A stretch of 63,429 bases of DNA, the filler included, from Perkinsus olseni (taxonomy: Eukaryota): assembly GCA_013115125.1 (NCBI GenBank). It is 54 parts of 54 records of this genome, joined end to end, with 100 filler letters (N's around TTAATTAATTAA, not from the genome) between each part and the next. Parts side by side here need not be neighbours in the genome. Positions count along the whole stretch, not along the records: positions 48,492 to 49,552 come from JABANN010002145.1; positions 49,653 to 50,712 come from JABANN010002146.1; positions 50,813 to 51,872 come from JABANN010002147.1; positions 51,973 to 53,031 come from JABANN010002148.1; positions 53,132 to 54,190 come from JABANN010002149.1; positions 54,291 to 55,347 come from JABANN010002150.1; positions 55,448 to 56,503 come from JABANN010002151.1; positions 56,604 to 57,658 come from JABANN010002152.1; 46 more parts are not named here. The stretch is one strand, 5' to 3'. Of the stretch, positions 48,557 to 61,122 are shown in pieces. The notes beneath the pieces are model-generated. The model searched no databases, had not been told where the DNA came from, and saw only the letters and a list, made by a program, of their open reading frames with translations. How positions within the stretch are numbered: position 1 is the first letter of the stretch; every line of letters starts with the position of its first letter. Position numbers and translations under genes: made by a program.

Positions 48557-49452
48557 ATGAAGCTGAGGCACGAGAACCTATCAAGGCTGGCTAGGCAGTA
48601 TGGAGGTGTCGAGCTGATCCCTGCAGACAAGCTAGCCAGGCTGGGTGAAGCTAGGCGACCAGCTCTCGCCTCATCCCAATCTCCATCATGAGCGCGGATC
48701 AGATCTTGCCATGGAGAAGAAACGCCAGTTCGAACACGGGCAAGCTCAGAGGTCCTTAGAGCGGGCTGAGGCTGCGGCCGGAAACAAGATGAGCCAGGTG
48801 AGTCGCATTTGTATGTGTCGAACATAAGCGCGCAGTGCTTGATAGTGGTCATCATCAGCTTAAGAAGACCAAGTCAATCGAGCTCCAGTTGAAGATGCTT
48901 GAGGAGAAGGTGTCCTTGTTGCAGGGAATCCAGGATAAGAAGGTAACGGACGCGATCAGACCGAGCTCTCGATGGCCATGCTACCGATTGGATAGGTCCA
49001 ACTTGGAAATGAAGCGGCAATACTGCAAGAGACAAGAGAGCTCTCCCTCACTTTGGCGCAGCTTAGTGCCGACATTCGTCTTAATGCAGTGGAGGTGCCA
49101 CACTGTGATGTCTTATCAGCAGTGGAGATGGGCAAATCAACTGTACAGCGTGCTAATAAAGTGAGGCAGGCTGAACTCTGCGTTCGACCTCGCACGAAAA
49201 TGAGCGGAGAATAGTGGAGGGTGGGAGGTCGTTACTCCTCTCAGTCCCTGCGCGGCGACCAGCGGCAGGCGCAGGCGGACATGCTGGCTGTGGGGAAGAT
49301 GCTTCAGGCGGTCCACGACCAGATAGACGGAGAGCTGACTCATCCGAGAGATGTAAACTCCGTGTGTGTCACGAAGTACCGCGCGGAAGTGACGCGTCCT
49401 ACTCATGGCCGGCGCGCGTGTCGCCAAGCGCAAGTCTACTATTCCTCCTTGA
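48557..49452 (+). CDS. Hypothetical multi-exon coiled-coil protein
   Basis: Heptad-like segments (QLKKTKSIELQLKMLEEKVSLLQ) bounded by GTGAGT/GTAACG donors; exon limits are approximate. Confidence 0.35.
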
Positions 49453-49502
49453 GGCGGTTCTGCAAGATCGTACAAATAACTCCAACGGCCATACACAGCA
49501 AA

Positions 49503-49552
49503 TGGTCGATGCAGGGCTCGAACCTGCGACCCTCGCGTTATTAGCACGATGC
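49503..49552 (-). tRNA. trnI-AAT: tRNA-Ile(AAT), 5' part cut off by the contig end
   Basis: GCATCGTG-CTAATAA-CGCGA-GGGTC-GCAGG-TTCGAGC-CCTGC-ATCGACC-A, with intact anticodon and T arms. Confidence 0.92.
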
Positions 49553-49652
49553 NNNNNNNNNNNNNNNNNNNNNNNNNNNNNNNNNNNNNNNNNNNNTTAA
49601 TTAATTAANNNNNNNNNNNNNNNNNNNNNNNNNNNNNNNNNNNNNNNNNNNN

Positions 49653-50712
49653 AGTATTTATCCTGGGAAAAATCGGGTCCAAAGGGCGGGATGAGGGTAG
49701 TGCGGACGACAAAGAGAGCAGAAATGGAAGTGATACTCGCCGTCGTCGAACCCCCATCCGTCCGAGAGATAGTCGTGAAGCTCAACCACTTGAACAACCT
49801 ATCACGCTAATCAATCACGGTGTATTGAGTCCCAGTCAAACTCGGGAGAACTGAGGAGTTGATTTCGATTCTGTCAAACGACGTGTGGAAGATTGGAACC
49901 GCATGCCTTACGATAGCTACGCATCACCCATACCCACTTCACCATTCCAACGTGAGAATCTTTAAGTGCTAGGATGACGTCTGCGCCAACAATTACTCTC
50001 CAAAACGATTGGGAAAATAAATGCCGAACGATTAATGTATCGATTACATGGGCGCGCTCTTCGGAATTGGGTAAATTCAGGATTGGGTAAAATCGGGAAG
50101 AGCCAATTGCGGTGAGGCGGCTATTCATTGAACTTGTAACAGCTTAGGACATGCGGGGCTGACAGTCTCCTACAGAGACTTTCTTCTCACTTCGTGGAGA
50201 GCTCGAGATGGAATTGCGCAGATATCGATCAGCTGGGCGCGCGCTGTTAATCTCGACGCCGGCTCTTCCCGATTTTACCCAATCCTGAATTTACCCAATT
50301 CCGAAGAGCGCGCCCATGTAATCGATACATTAATCGTTCGGCATTTATTTTCCCAATCGTTTTGGAGAGTAATTGTTGGCGCAGACGTCATCCTAGCACT
50401 TAAAGATTCTCACGTTGGAATGGTGAAGTGGGTATGGGTGATGCGTAGCTATCGTAAGGCATGCGGTTCCAATCTTCCACACGTCGTTTGACAGAATCGA
50501 AATCAACTCCTCAGTTCTCCCGAGTTTGACTGGGACTCAATACACCGTGATTGATTAGCGTGATAGGTTGTTCAAGTGGTTGAGCTTCACGACTATCTCT
50601 CGGACGGATGGGGGTTCGACGACGGCGAGTATCACTTCCATTTCTGCTCTCTTTGTCGTCCGCACTACCCTCATCCCGCCCTTTGGACCCGATTTTTCCC
50701 AGGATAAATACT
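49653..50712. repeat. Palindromic contig: 452-bp inverted arms around a 156-bp spacer
   Basis: 49653-50104 is the reverse complement of 50261-50712; the ORF track shows identical ORFs on opposite strands. Confidence 0.97.
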
Positions 50713-51972
50713 NNNNNNNNNNNNNNNNNNNNNNNNNNNNNNNNNNNNNNNNNNNNTTAATTAATTAANNNNNNNNNNNNNNNNNNNNNNNNNNNNNNNN
50801 NNNNNNNNNNNNCAGCAACACATTGATGAGATACGAATTTCTCTCGACGCCTTGCTCCTTATTACGCTCAAGTCAGGGAGCGGAAGTTCCCTCGTGATCT
50901 CTTGAGAGCCCTACTTCACATGCTCCTCCGGCGCTCGCTTCGGCATTCGATTGCATGAGACCGATCTTCTCTCAGCGATTTCTCAAAGATCGTTTGGGCT
51001 TCGGGAACGAGGAGAGTCAAGGGGACGCATTAGCATTGCCGTCAGGGAGTGCTTCTAAAGAGGAGATCGACGCGATTCTGGACTGGATCAAACATTGTTT
51101 CTTTCTACCGCCGAAGACGTTCTCGGAGAGCAAGGCGGTAAGATCATTCCTCCAGTGAAGCACCCGTTCTTCGGAATTCAGCGTTCGACAAGCAACTCTT
51201 TGCCGCGTAAGGTCGGGGCTTTAAATGATTCTGAACAACCAATGCAGAGCCGCCCACGATCTCAAAAGATCAGTGAATAACACATTTCGCCTTTCACATC
51301 GCAAAGTCGCATTCGGCTGACGAGGAAGGCGAGATCGGGTGACTCACGGCTGAAAGCGCGAATGGATTCGCGCTTCTCGAGAAAACGGCGAGGTCGCTCG
51401 TGTTCTCGCAATCGCAGCGAACCCGGCTTGGCTCGAAACGCATGTTTTTTGCTGAGGACTCGTGGAGGTAGAGAAAGTTGTCTCGCGCGAATGTCATTAT
51501 CAACGCCCTCTGGCGGATTCGTGTTATCGGGCTTCGAGGAACATTCGGCCGACCGCAAGGAGCTGTAGTTCTTTGGGCTTTGTCTCGAGTCTTGTACAAC
51601 ATCACGGTGGAGTGTCTTATTCGTCTTCGCTGAATCATTTAGGAAATCGTACCAGACTTGGTGAAGTCCCTCCTCGGGAGATGGACCACCACTATGCTCG
51701 AACAGCATGGTTACGTGAATTGGTATGAATGCGATAGAGAGATCGTAATGCTGCTGGAAGCAGGTGACGTGACACTTACGAAGTCGTGTGTGTCTTGAGA
51801 GTTCTGTTCTTACAGGCTTCCCTCAGCTACGTCTAGAGCCCCAGCATGCGAGGCTCATGCGTCTTCAGGACTNNNNNNNNNNNNNNNNNNNNNNNNNNNN
51901 NNNNNNNNNNNNNNNNTTAATTAATTAANNNNNNNNNNNNNNNNNNNNNNNNNNNNNNNNNNNNNNNNNNNN

Positions 51973-53031
51973 ACTTCTGTAAGATGATTGAGGCAGGGCT
52001 CAGATCAGCGTACCTTCTCTTCAACAGGAGTACTACCAGAAAAAAAGAGTTGAGGAAGTTGCAGAGTATCTATGGTAAGATTCAGTTACCAACGAGCATA
52101 ATCGAGATCAGATGGATCTCAAAATTCCAGGCTGTTGAGGCCCTGACAAATCCCAGCACTATGGATGCTATAACACACATGCTCAGGGATAAGGATCCTG
52201 ATGCTCTGACGGCAGACGAGTTCAATGTGCTCGACCTTCTGGAGGATCATCGTGAAGACCTCCTTGCGCTGAAGAAGTTCCTTATGCCCTTGAGGAGGCT
52301 CACTAAAGCGTTTCAGGCTAAAAATCTTAATCTCTGTGATGCGATGAAGCTTCTGAATGCTACTCAGCGGGAGGTCTCTCTAATGGAAGGGCTGCCGGTC
52401 GAAGTCGAATCCTTACGGCACGACTTCATCCAGTATTTGGGAAGCCGTTTCAAAGCAGATGAGGTGAGCTGGCTGGCCTTTAATAACGTCTCACAGAAAT
52501 ATCCCGATGAACTGGTGCGTATCCGGTTCAAACTCCTCAAGGACAAGTTCCATCAATTGGCCTGGGATGATGATGACGAAAGCTTTGTACTAGACTGCAA
52601 TCGTGTCATGGGAGCGGCGAAGGATGAGATCGATGGTGGACTTGGTCCCGACGACGTTGAGCTGGATGCCCTTGGAGACTCCTTGGGGGTTGGAATGAAC
52701 TGGAAATTATATCGTATGCTAGGGAAGACGGTTTCCCCTACATCAGTGGATGCAGAACGCACCTTCTCGTGTCTGACACGGCTGAGGAGCGACTATCGAA
52801 GGGCCCTTCACGTCAACCTTCCACATGCCCTCCGCCTTGCAATGGTGCGAGGCTCGACCGACGTCAAGGACAACGAGCTCGTCGCCGAGATTGTCAAGCA
52901 TTGGATGAATACGCGGGCCAGAAGGAATCGGCCTAAGGGGATCAAGAGGTCCGCTGGTGGCTCGATTAAGAAAGATGAGGTGCTCGGTGAAGAGGCTTCA
53001 TCTGATACCTCCGCTGATGAAGGCACTAGTG
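51973..53031 (+). mobile_element. hAT transposase C-terminal half with dimerization domain
   Basis: IRWISK, LTKAFQ and SPTSVDAERTFSCLTRLRSDYR. Confidence 0.9.
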
Positions 53032-53131
53032 NNNNNNNNNNNNNNNNNNNNNNNNNNNNNNNNNNNNNNNNNNNNTTAATTAATTAANNNNNNNNNNNNN
53101 NNNNNNNNNNNNNNNNNNNNNNNNNNNNNNN

Positions 53132-53661
53132 GGCACCGATGACAGACCGGCCTGAGCAGAATCAGGTGGCGGACCAGAGTCAGATGGCTGATCAGATTCA
53201 GATGGCAGACCAGATTCAGGTGGCGGACCAGAGTCAGATGGCAGGGCAGATTCAGGTGGCGGACCAGAGTCAGATGACAGGGCAGATTCAGGTGGCGGAC
53301 CAGAGTCAGATGCCAGACCAGATTCAGAAGGCGGACCAGAGTCAGATGGCAGACCAGATTCAGGTGGTGGACCAGAGTCAGATGACAGGGCAGATTCAGG
53401 TGGCGGACCAGAGTCAGATGGCAGGGCAGATTCGGGTGGCAAGTCAGAGTCAGATGGCAGACCGGAATCGGGTGGCATTTTAGAGTCAGACGAATGACCA
53501 GAGTCAGGCGGCGGAGCAGGGTCATCTGGCTGTTCATCAGGCTTAGATCGCCGCTCCCTCACAATGACGACGACACCGTCTGGCCCACCGCTGGCGGTAC
53601 AATGCTCGATAGCGACCAGCAAGCAACACAAGTGAAGGAGGAGGTTCATGACGCGGAACAT
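53132..53661 (-). CDS. Secreted Pro/Ser/Asp-rich repeat protein, 3' truncated
   Basis: Signal-peptide-like MNLLLHLCCLLVAIEHCTA followed by PPPES(A/G)LPSDSG repeats. Confidence 0.7.
53158..53515. repeat. 36-bp (2 x 18-bp) coding tandem repeat, about 10 units
   Basis: Recurring CAGATTCAGGTGGCGGACCAGAGTCAGATGRCAG. Confidence 0.95.
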
Positions 53662-53685
53662 CTGATGAGATGGAAAATGAATGGA

Positions 53686-54005
53686 GAATGAACAGTAGAC
53701 AATCTCGCACGCATGCTGTAGTTTTGCGTGTCGCACAGGAATAATCGATATCATTCCGGTCTGTGCGCCACGACGAGCTACGGGTGGCATCTTGCATCTG
53801 CGTTTGAGCGCTTCGACTTCTCACGTTTCTCCGTCGGAGGAGTACTCTGACTCACGTTGTAGTAGTACACGCATACGGACCCGAAGGGAATCGCTGAAGG
53901 GCGAACACGACAGCTGCGCGTGGCGGACTCACCTGAATGGCATCGATTACTCCTGCGCGGCACGCAACGCTACAGCATGCGTGCGAGATTGTCTACTGTT
54001 CATTC
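53686..54005. repeat. Imperfect inverted repeat (about 90-bp arms), MITE-like or an inverted duplication
   Basis: The outer 36 nt are a perfect inverse (GAATGAACAGTAGACAATCTCGCACGCATGCTGTAG). Confidence 0.85.
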
Positions 54006-56147
54006 CGTGCGCGGGTACTCATGCAAGAGGCGACTCAGAGTATTCCTCAGGCGGAGAAATTCGACCATGAGTATTGACCGCCGGTTTTCACTTTCAAGCC
54101 GCGTGTCGCAATCACAGAAGCACGATCCAGATCGCAAAAATAATTCAAGATTCAAGAGAATCTCAAGCGGTCGTTCGTCTTGCTTGGTCGNNNNNNNNNN
54201 NNNNNNNNNNNNNNNNNNNNNNNNNNNNNNNNNNTTAATTAATTAANNNNNNNNNNNNNNNNNNNNNNNNNNNNNNNNNNNNNNNNNNNNAACCTGGACC
54301 GATGGAATTTATTCTTGCTCGAACTGATCGCCGAGGCCCTCGTGAGCCCAGCATGATGTGGAGACATTCTAAGCGCGCGAGATATCGGCTGCGCCTGCGG
54401 GGCTCGTGTTACTGACGCATAGGTCATGAGCAACTGGTTATTCAATTCGGTTGATGCACATCCGTCTCTCTGTGGCTTACAAGACTGATGGTGGGGGGTT
54501 CGGTCATCTCGTTGGAGCTGCAGAAGAACTAAGAACTCGAGAACCAAACAGCGGTCTGTAAGCATTACTCCTCTGACTACAGACCAGCACGAGAGGGATC
54601 ACGGATGAGCCCGTCCTCAGAGAGACGTCCGATATCCTCAAACAAACCCCACACACAGCACTCCCTTTTCATCGACATGAGGAATTCACCGCGTCCGCTC
54701 AACGCAAATCACGGATACACCAGCAGTTCTTCTCAGTTATCCGCCACTGGAGGCTACCACTTAATGGGTCCCCAACGCAATCTTTCCGGGGTGTGCAAGC
54801 GCAGAGAGTATCTTTGAACTGAATGATACTACTCATCACTGCCCGTTGCCCCCAGCTGCGTCTTGTCTGGGCGGCAGAGCACGTTCTTGATAATAATCGA
54901 TTCGAAGAAAATTAAAGAGCCGAGACGGGAGGCAAGATTCCACATGCTGCGAGGGGCTCGTCGCCAACGCCATAGTTCGATCGCAAAGTCTCTGATTTGC
55001 AGCTCCCATTCAAGTGGTAGAAACGGCCTTTGTATCATCCGCTGTAACATGATCAAACTCGGCCACGGTGTTCCTGTGGAGAGTGAATGAGGGATCTCTC
55101 CTCTAGGAGCCAGGCTGACCTTCAACCTGGGATCCATCACGACTTCGCGAGTTCACGGTCCACGCTAGTTAGTGGGATGATGATGAACGACAACACCATC
55201 TAGCTGAGTACTTGGTACTGGTACCGAGACTCTGCTGAGCTATCAGAATGAACTGAAGGCTTGCTCAGCGAGCATGCGCCTTCGATCGGCTCTAGCCAAT
55301 TGTGTGGACCACCTTAGTACGAGGGCCTGCTGTAGCTAGGAAGGTGANNNNNNNNNNNNNNNNNNNNNNNNNNNNNNNNNNNNNNNNNNNNTTAATTAAT
55401 TAANNNNNNNNNNNNNNNNNNNNNNNNNNNNNNNNNNNNNNNNNNNNGAACGGAGTCGATTTACATATAGCGAACAATCGATATCTCGCAGCTAGAACAC
55501 TGGCCAACAGGAGCGGGCAGGTCCTCCTGTCACAAACTGCTCAAAGCAACAGACTCTGCACTACGGAGGCCTTTCAGAGACAGATCCCGCTTGCTAGACA
55601 AATGCGATAGAAATTCTCAACTTCATTGCTGTCGCTCATAGTAAATCGCATACGACAATCTTGGCGATGTTCCATCATCATAGCTGGAATCATTTCGTTT
55701 GGGAAATCCGGAATTGACGCGGAGGTTACCTTGTCATTATAACGGCTAACGTAACCATTAACAACAAAGAGAAGAAACTGAATGGTGGATAACATCCAGA
55801 GTAAGTAATAATGGTCGAATAATGAACTGGTAGAGTAGTAGTAACAATAATAAGTATTATCATCACTATCACTGCGACGTGTATATTACGCAGCAAACTC
55901 ATCAAGAGTAAGCTGTCGAACGTTGTTGTACATACGTGACTTCTTAAGAGCTTCACCCTTATCATGCGACGATGACCTGAAGATACTGTCCATCACTACG
56001 TGCACCACCGTTGATATTACCCGTCATTATCTTTCCCGTATTTCCTCTTCTTGCCATTCACACCGTCATGTGTTGACTTATTAGCCTGTGATACATCATA
56101 CGAGCTCTTCGGTATCTGCCAACGAAGCTTATTAAACACCCATTGCC

Positions 56148-56503
56148 CTACAACGACATTATTACTTGTCGAAGTCCAAAACCAGCCGAGAACAATCTAA
56201 AATCGATTTTCGAGAAATCGAAGATATCCCTCAGCTGCTGGGGATAGGTCCGATACGCTCTCAGTGAACTGAAATACGCCTTCCTCGCCGAATTGCTCAA
56301 TGATTCATCTCCTTCAATATGACGATTTATCATAGCCGACATGTATCTATCACGACAACAAAATCACAATCGTTGCCATGACGGCTCTCACTTTAGTACC
56401 CTCGGAGATCCCTGATACCAGCCTTCCGTACCTGTTTCCGCTGATACGGTGTAGCAGGCTTCGCATTATCACCCTCATTCTTGTCCTTCACTGCTGATGA
56501 CAA
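56148..56503 (-). CDS. C-terminus of a DEAD-box RNA helicase (DBP7/HAS1 group extension)
   Basis: ARKAYFSSLRAYRTYPQQLRDIFDFSKIDFRLFSAGFGL. Confidence 0.75.
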
Positions 56504-56689
56504 NNNNNNNNNNNNNNNNNNNNNNNNNNNNNNNNNNNNNNNNNNNNTTAATTAATTAANNNNNNNNNNNNNNNNNNNNNNNNNNNNNNNNNNNNNNNNN
56601 NNNAAAAACCGGCACGTACTCTGAACCGCCGAGCTAAACGACCGATGACTTGAAGTTGAGCACCTTTCATTCGGCCCGTTTTTTCTCTT

Positions 56690-57658
56690 TACTGAGAGGA
56701 AACCGAGTCTTACCAAAGGTCGAGTTCTCAGGAAGTCAACGAAGAAATACACTCTGAGGACGACCTCATTGAGGAAATGTCGAAAGTAGAGAAAGCACAG
56801 CGTCTGTCCTTCTTCAAGACCCAGGAAGGCGAGAAGCTACTGAAACTTGAGGCGGATACACTGCAGCTGCAACAGGAGCTTTCTAAAAGACGGAGAGACA
56901 AGTACGCAGTATTCGACGGCTAGCCTTGCGCCGGTGCTCCCTGCGCCCAGTGGTGTTACTCGCTCGTTGTAACGTCATGGGGGTAGCCTGGTGGGGGTAT
57001 CTCCACGGCTGATCGATTCGCGACACGAGCTCTATTCCTTATGTTACGCAAGGTCGCGGTTGCAAGGCGGGGATTTTAGTGATCAATACACTTCGTTTGT
57101 CTGCTGCATGAGACAACTAGAGACCTAGACCGCGTAAACATGTCCTTGAGAGTTTTGGAGATTGAACCCTCACCGCCTACTGTCGAGCATCAGTTGCTAG
57201 GCTAGAAAAGCTACGCCGCGACGAGGAGAGTGCTGCTGATGGAAAGTACCGGCTCCGCCTCACAGCTGCCATTGAAGAGCTTGATGGGCTCATACTTGGC
57301 GCTGAGGTTGCTCGGAGAGACCTCGAAGAGTCATTCACTGCGGAGATATCCGAGGTGAGAGTCTAGCGAGTGTGCTGGGGAGCGTTCCCGTTCGCTTTGA
57401 CGATACATTGTTCGAGGTGGAGCACAGGGTAGAGGAGCGGAAGAAGCGGCGCGAAAGAGAGCTCGAAAACAAGCGCTGCCTCTTCGAGTTTGACTTGAAA
57501 TTATTTACAGCGCAGGAGAAGATGTACAGTCAGTGGCAGGTGCGTCATTTCGAGACCACTGCACTTGACAGTTTGCTTTCAGGGCGGGAAATACAAGAAG
57601 GGGCCGCTCAAAGGCATACTACGGTCGGTGGTTGGATATGTGAACGATATCAACGCCT
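56690..57658 (+). CDS. Hypothetical multi-exon coiled-coil protein
   Basis: E/K/R-rich helical segments separated by short GT-AG introns; boundaries are approximate. Confidence 0.4.
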
Positions 57659-57849
57659 NNNNNNNNNNNNNNNNNNNNNNNNNNNNNNNNNNNNNNNNNN
57701 NNTTAATTAATTAANNNNNNNNNNNNNNNNNNNNNNNNNNNNNNNNNNNNNNNNNNNNACGAGCGGTAAAGCCGGCGCACGAATTCACGAAGATCAGACG
57801 GTCACAAGACTTCCAAAGATCACAGGACCACGCTCCTCCACTATTACTA

Positions 57850-58248
57850 CCCTGTCATCGAAGCTAGAGGTATTGAGAAGATTCTGCGCCCAGGCTGCAT
57901 CCTCTCGACACTCGTACTCGACGAAGCAGAACCCGCACGGAGACTTCTTGAATCGATTGAGGCCCATCGTAACCTGAACACCCCTGCCTCCAGCCCTCGA
58001 CACCGCCACGTCCGTACCTTCTTAACCTTCCCGCACTTCGAGAACAGCTCAAGGATCTGCTCTTCCTGAGGCAGTGACGATGATGAGGATGTCTCGCCGT
58101 GGACTACTACCGTAGTATAAAAGCTCAGGTTTCCGACGTAGAGGGTTAATGAGGTCTGCAGACTGTTGAACCATTCGTCTCGGGTCAAGCCAGACTTCTT
58201 ATCATAGTACTTCGTACTAGGTGTAAGGTCAACGTAGAGATGCGCCAT
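57850..58248 (-). CDS. NCBP2: Nuclear cap-binding protein subunit 2 (CBP20), first three exons
   Basis: [12 protein letters not shown] / [16 protein letters not shown] / [20 protein letters not shown]...FDDR, joined by two short GT-AG introns. Confidence 0.95.
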
Positions 58249-58913
58249 TCGACCAAAGGGGACGACAAAAAGTCAACTTAAAAGGGGCGAGGCAACCACG
58301 GTCATCGGTCGTGACCCAGTTCTCAACACGAGACACTGTTTTTGATAAAACAACAGGACCAAGGAAGGTGAAACACTATGCACATTTTGACGAGGCCGTG
58401 ATTGTGGGGCGGTGAAGGCTGCTCGGCTGCAAGTTTAAGAAGGCTCTGATGGCAACCTTGGAAACATAAGTCCACGGCTCATCACCGTTGAGGGCCTGGT
58501 CCATCCTCGCTAAGGGTACCTACTCAATGCCAGCTGAAGGTCTTAGTCGGCTATGACGAGAGAACAACGGCACTTCGATACTGGGCAATGGGGGGGGGCA
58601 TTTATGTCCCGAACTCCATTCGATAACCCCTACGCTACCCTGTCTGCGACATTAGAATGGTGCGTGGCAGTACCACACGCTCGACAATTCACACTAGTAT
58701 CATGGACAGCACTGACGAGAGCGCCCCCACCAAGTGCAGCTCGACCCCCGCAACACAACATGCCGATACTATACCGAAAAGGTCAATGACATACCGTATC
58801 CCGCATGTACCAANNNNNNNNNNNNNNNNNNNNNNNNNNNNNNNNNNNNNNNNNNNNTTAATTAATTAANNNNNNNNNNNNNNNNNNNNNNNNNNNNNNN
58901 NNNNNNNNNNNNN

Positions 58914-59968
58914 TTTACGGCCTCTCAGAATGCTATGGTGGGATCTATTACGAAGTTGGTGAACCAGATGAAGGATACTGGTGGTAATGGATTCGGCCCG
59001 AATGGTGGTAGGAGGTCTCAGAAGGGTAAAGGGAAGAAGCGTACCCCGACGTGTTACTTATGCTCTGATGCTCATTGGGCTCTCTCTTGTCCGTTCAAGA
59101 AGCATGATCGTGGTTGTTTCATCTGTGGTTCGTCTGACCATATGGCCCGGTCGTGCCCTCAGTACTCATCATTTGTGACCACTATTGCTAACAAGAAAGC
59201 TAGCGGTGTGTCGGGAAGCTGTTAGGGCGCTCGCCTGACAGCCCGCGAGTGCCGCAAGTTGGACTATATCCTTTTGGGAGGAACAATGGTTTGTTCCTCT
59301 ATGCTGATCTTCTCTTTGACCATCGCCGAGTTGGTCCGTTACGCTGCTTGGTGCATACTGGCTGTTGTTCTACTATGGTGGCAAGGCGGGTGGTTCCTCG
59401 TGAAGTCGAGATTCGGCCCGTTACCGGCCCTTCTCTTATGACATTGATCGTTCTACCTGTACGTTTTTGGGAATGACTCCTTTGACTGTAGAAGCTCATG
59501 ATGGTGACAAGGCTAGGAAAGGGATGGCCCCGGACCGCGTTGATCCTAGGTTCCCTTTCCGTGTTGAAGCTTTGGTGGTGGATTCTCTTGCTTATGACTT
59601 GATATTAGGGCATGATTTCATGTCTCATTATGGGTTGGATATTCAGTATTCGGCTACTCCGATTCAGATTGTTGGTAACCCCCCGTTGAAGGAGCCCTCG
59701 TCTCTTCCGTGGTTTGTGGAGCATCCTGTGCAAGCAGCCAACTTGAAGGGTAAGGCTGAGTCCTATTGCTTGTCGTCACAGCACACCTCTTGCGCTGCGA
59801 CTTCGCCCGATAACGACTCCTTCGACTTGTCTTGCCCGGAGTATTTGGTGGCTGGTGCTGGCGCGAAGATTAACGTAGTACCACTGACTGATGAAGAGTT
59901 ACGTGAGAAAGGTTGGCCCGTTCCAAGATCCAGTTCGGTCCCGACACCTTCTGCGACTTCGATACCGC
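58914..59968 (+). mobile_element. Degenerate Ty3/gypsy gag (two knuckles) plus protease
   Basis: CYLCSDAHWALSC and CFICGSSDHMARSC; LVHTG (Asp lost) in the -1 frame; YDLILGHDFM after a further frameshift. Confidence 0.88.
59213..59253 (+). promoter_or_regulatory. Mutated -1 frameshift signal
   Basis: G GGA AGC, 6-nt spacer, 9-bp stem GGCGCTCGC/GCGAGTGCC. Confidence 0.65.
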
Positions 59969-60984
59969 NNNNNNNNNNNNNNNNNNNNNNNNNNNNNNNN
60001 NNNNNNNNNNNNTTAATTAATTAANNNNNNNNNNNNNNNNNNNNNNNNNNNNNNNNNNNNNNNNNNNNGGGCTCTCAAGGATAGAAGAGTCCGAATGCCA
60101 TCGCTGCGAAAGTGTTCCTGCCAAAACTGAAGGATAGAAAGCAGGAGTACATTGAAGGAGTATTTTGAAGGCGGAGGTCTTGGCTATGGTTGAAGACGTT
60201 AATTATGCTGAGGCTGAGGCTATGGTCAAGATGGTCGAGGAAGCTAGGAACAATGGTATGGATCTTGCTGTTCGCTGCATGGCTGCTGGTATTAAGGTCG
60301 ATCCCCCGCAAACAGTCTAATCTGGTTATTGAGGATATTAGAGATTTTGTTTTGAAGGCTAACGTCGACTTAACGAACGTCGACGGTAAGCTGACGAAGA
60401 CGTTTATGTTTAAGGGTCCTGTGGTTCTCTACGAGTACTCTCGAGAGGTCAAGCAAGGTTGAAGGTACCGACTCCAAGGTCAAAGATCATCGGCTCGCCA
60501 GGGGGTGGTTTATCCTTCGCGGTTACGCCATTGATAAGGTTGGAGACGTTTGATGAGTTTGAAAGAAGGATCATGAGTTTGACTCTCATTAAGGGTAGTT
60601 CATTCGTTCCTGGAGTCTGGTCGGCGCTCTCTCCGGAGTTACGGCTTTTTATAGTTAGTGGAGAGACGGTATTTCCGGATGCTAAGGCGGGCGATGAACT
60701 CTCTGTTGAGGTTCTCGAGGAGGCTGGGATTTGGTATCCTGGTTCTGTTCTTACTGTGGGTCCTCTTTTACGATGCATCTGTGTTAAGATGATGTTGGAT
60801 GTTCGTCTCAGTGGGAAAACACCGAGAATTATCCTATTCTTCTTGTTCCGAAGGTTCCTTCTGAGGATTCGATGGCTGCGGAAGAAAGGTGTTGTCGTAT
60901 GGTTACCCATTCGTTATATTTTATGGCCTTGAGGATATTGACTGTGTATGAGGTTCTCTTCTATAGGACTTTATATATTGTTAT

Positions 60985-61122
60985 CAGACCTGCGCACCGG
61001 GACTCGGTCAAACGAGATTCTCGGTTCTCGCTCGTTCTCGGACCCGAGCCCGAAACGAGACGAGAGCTCTCCTTCACAACCGAGAACGAGACGACAAATG
61101 GCGGGTTATCTCGTTCTCGCAT
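60985..61122 (+). mobile_element. Probable hAT-type terminus with subterminal repeats
   Basis: CAGACCTGCGCA followed by many ACGAGA/TCTCG units in both orientations. Confidence 0.55.

Noticed and set aside
53139-53483. Plus-strand QIQVADQSQM repeat ORF
   Set aside because: Antisense shadow of the tandem repeat; the minus frame has the signal peptide and the longer ORF.
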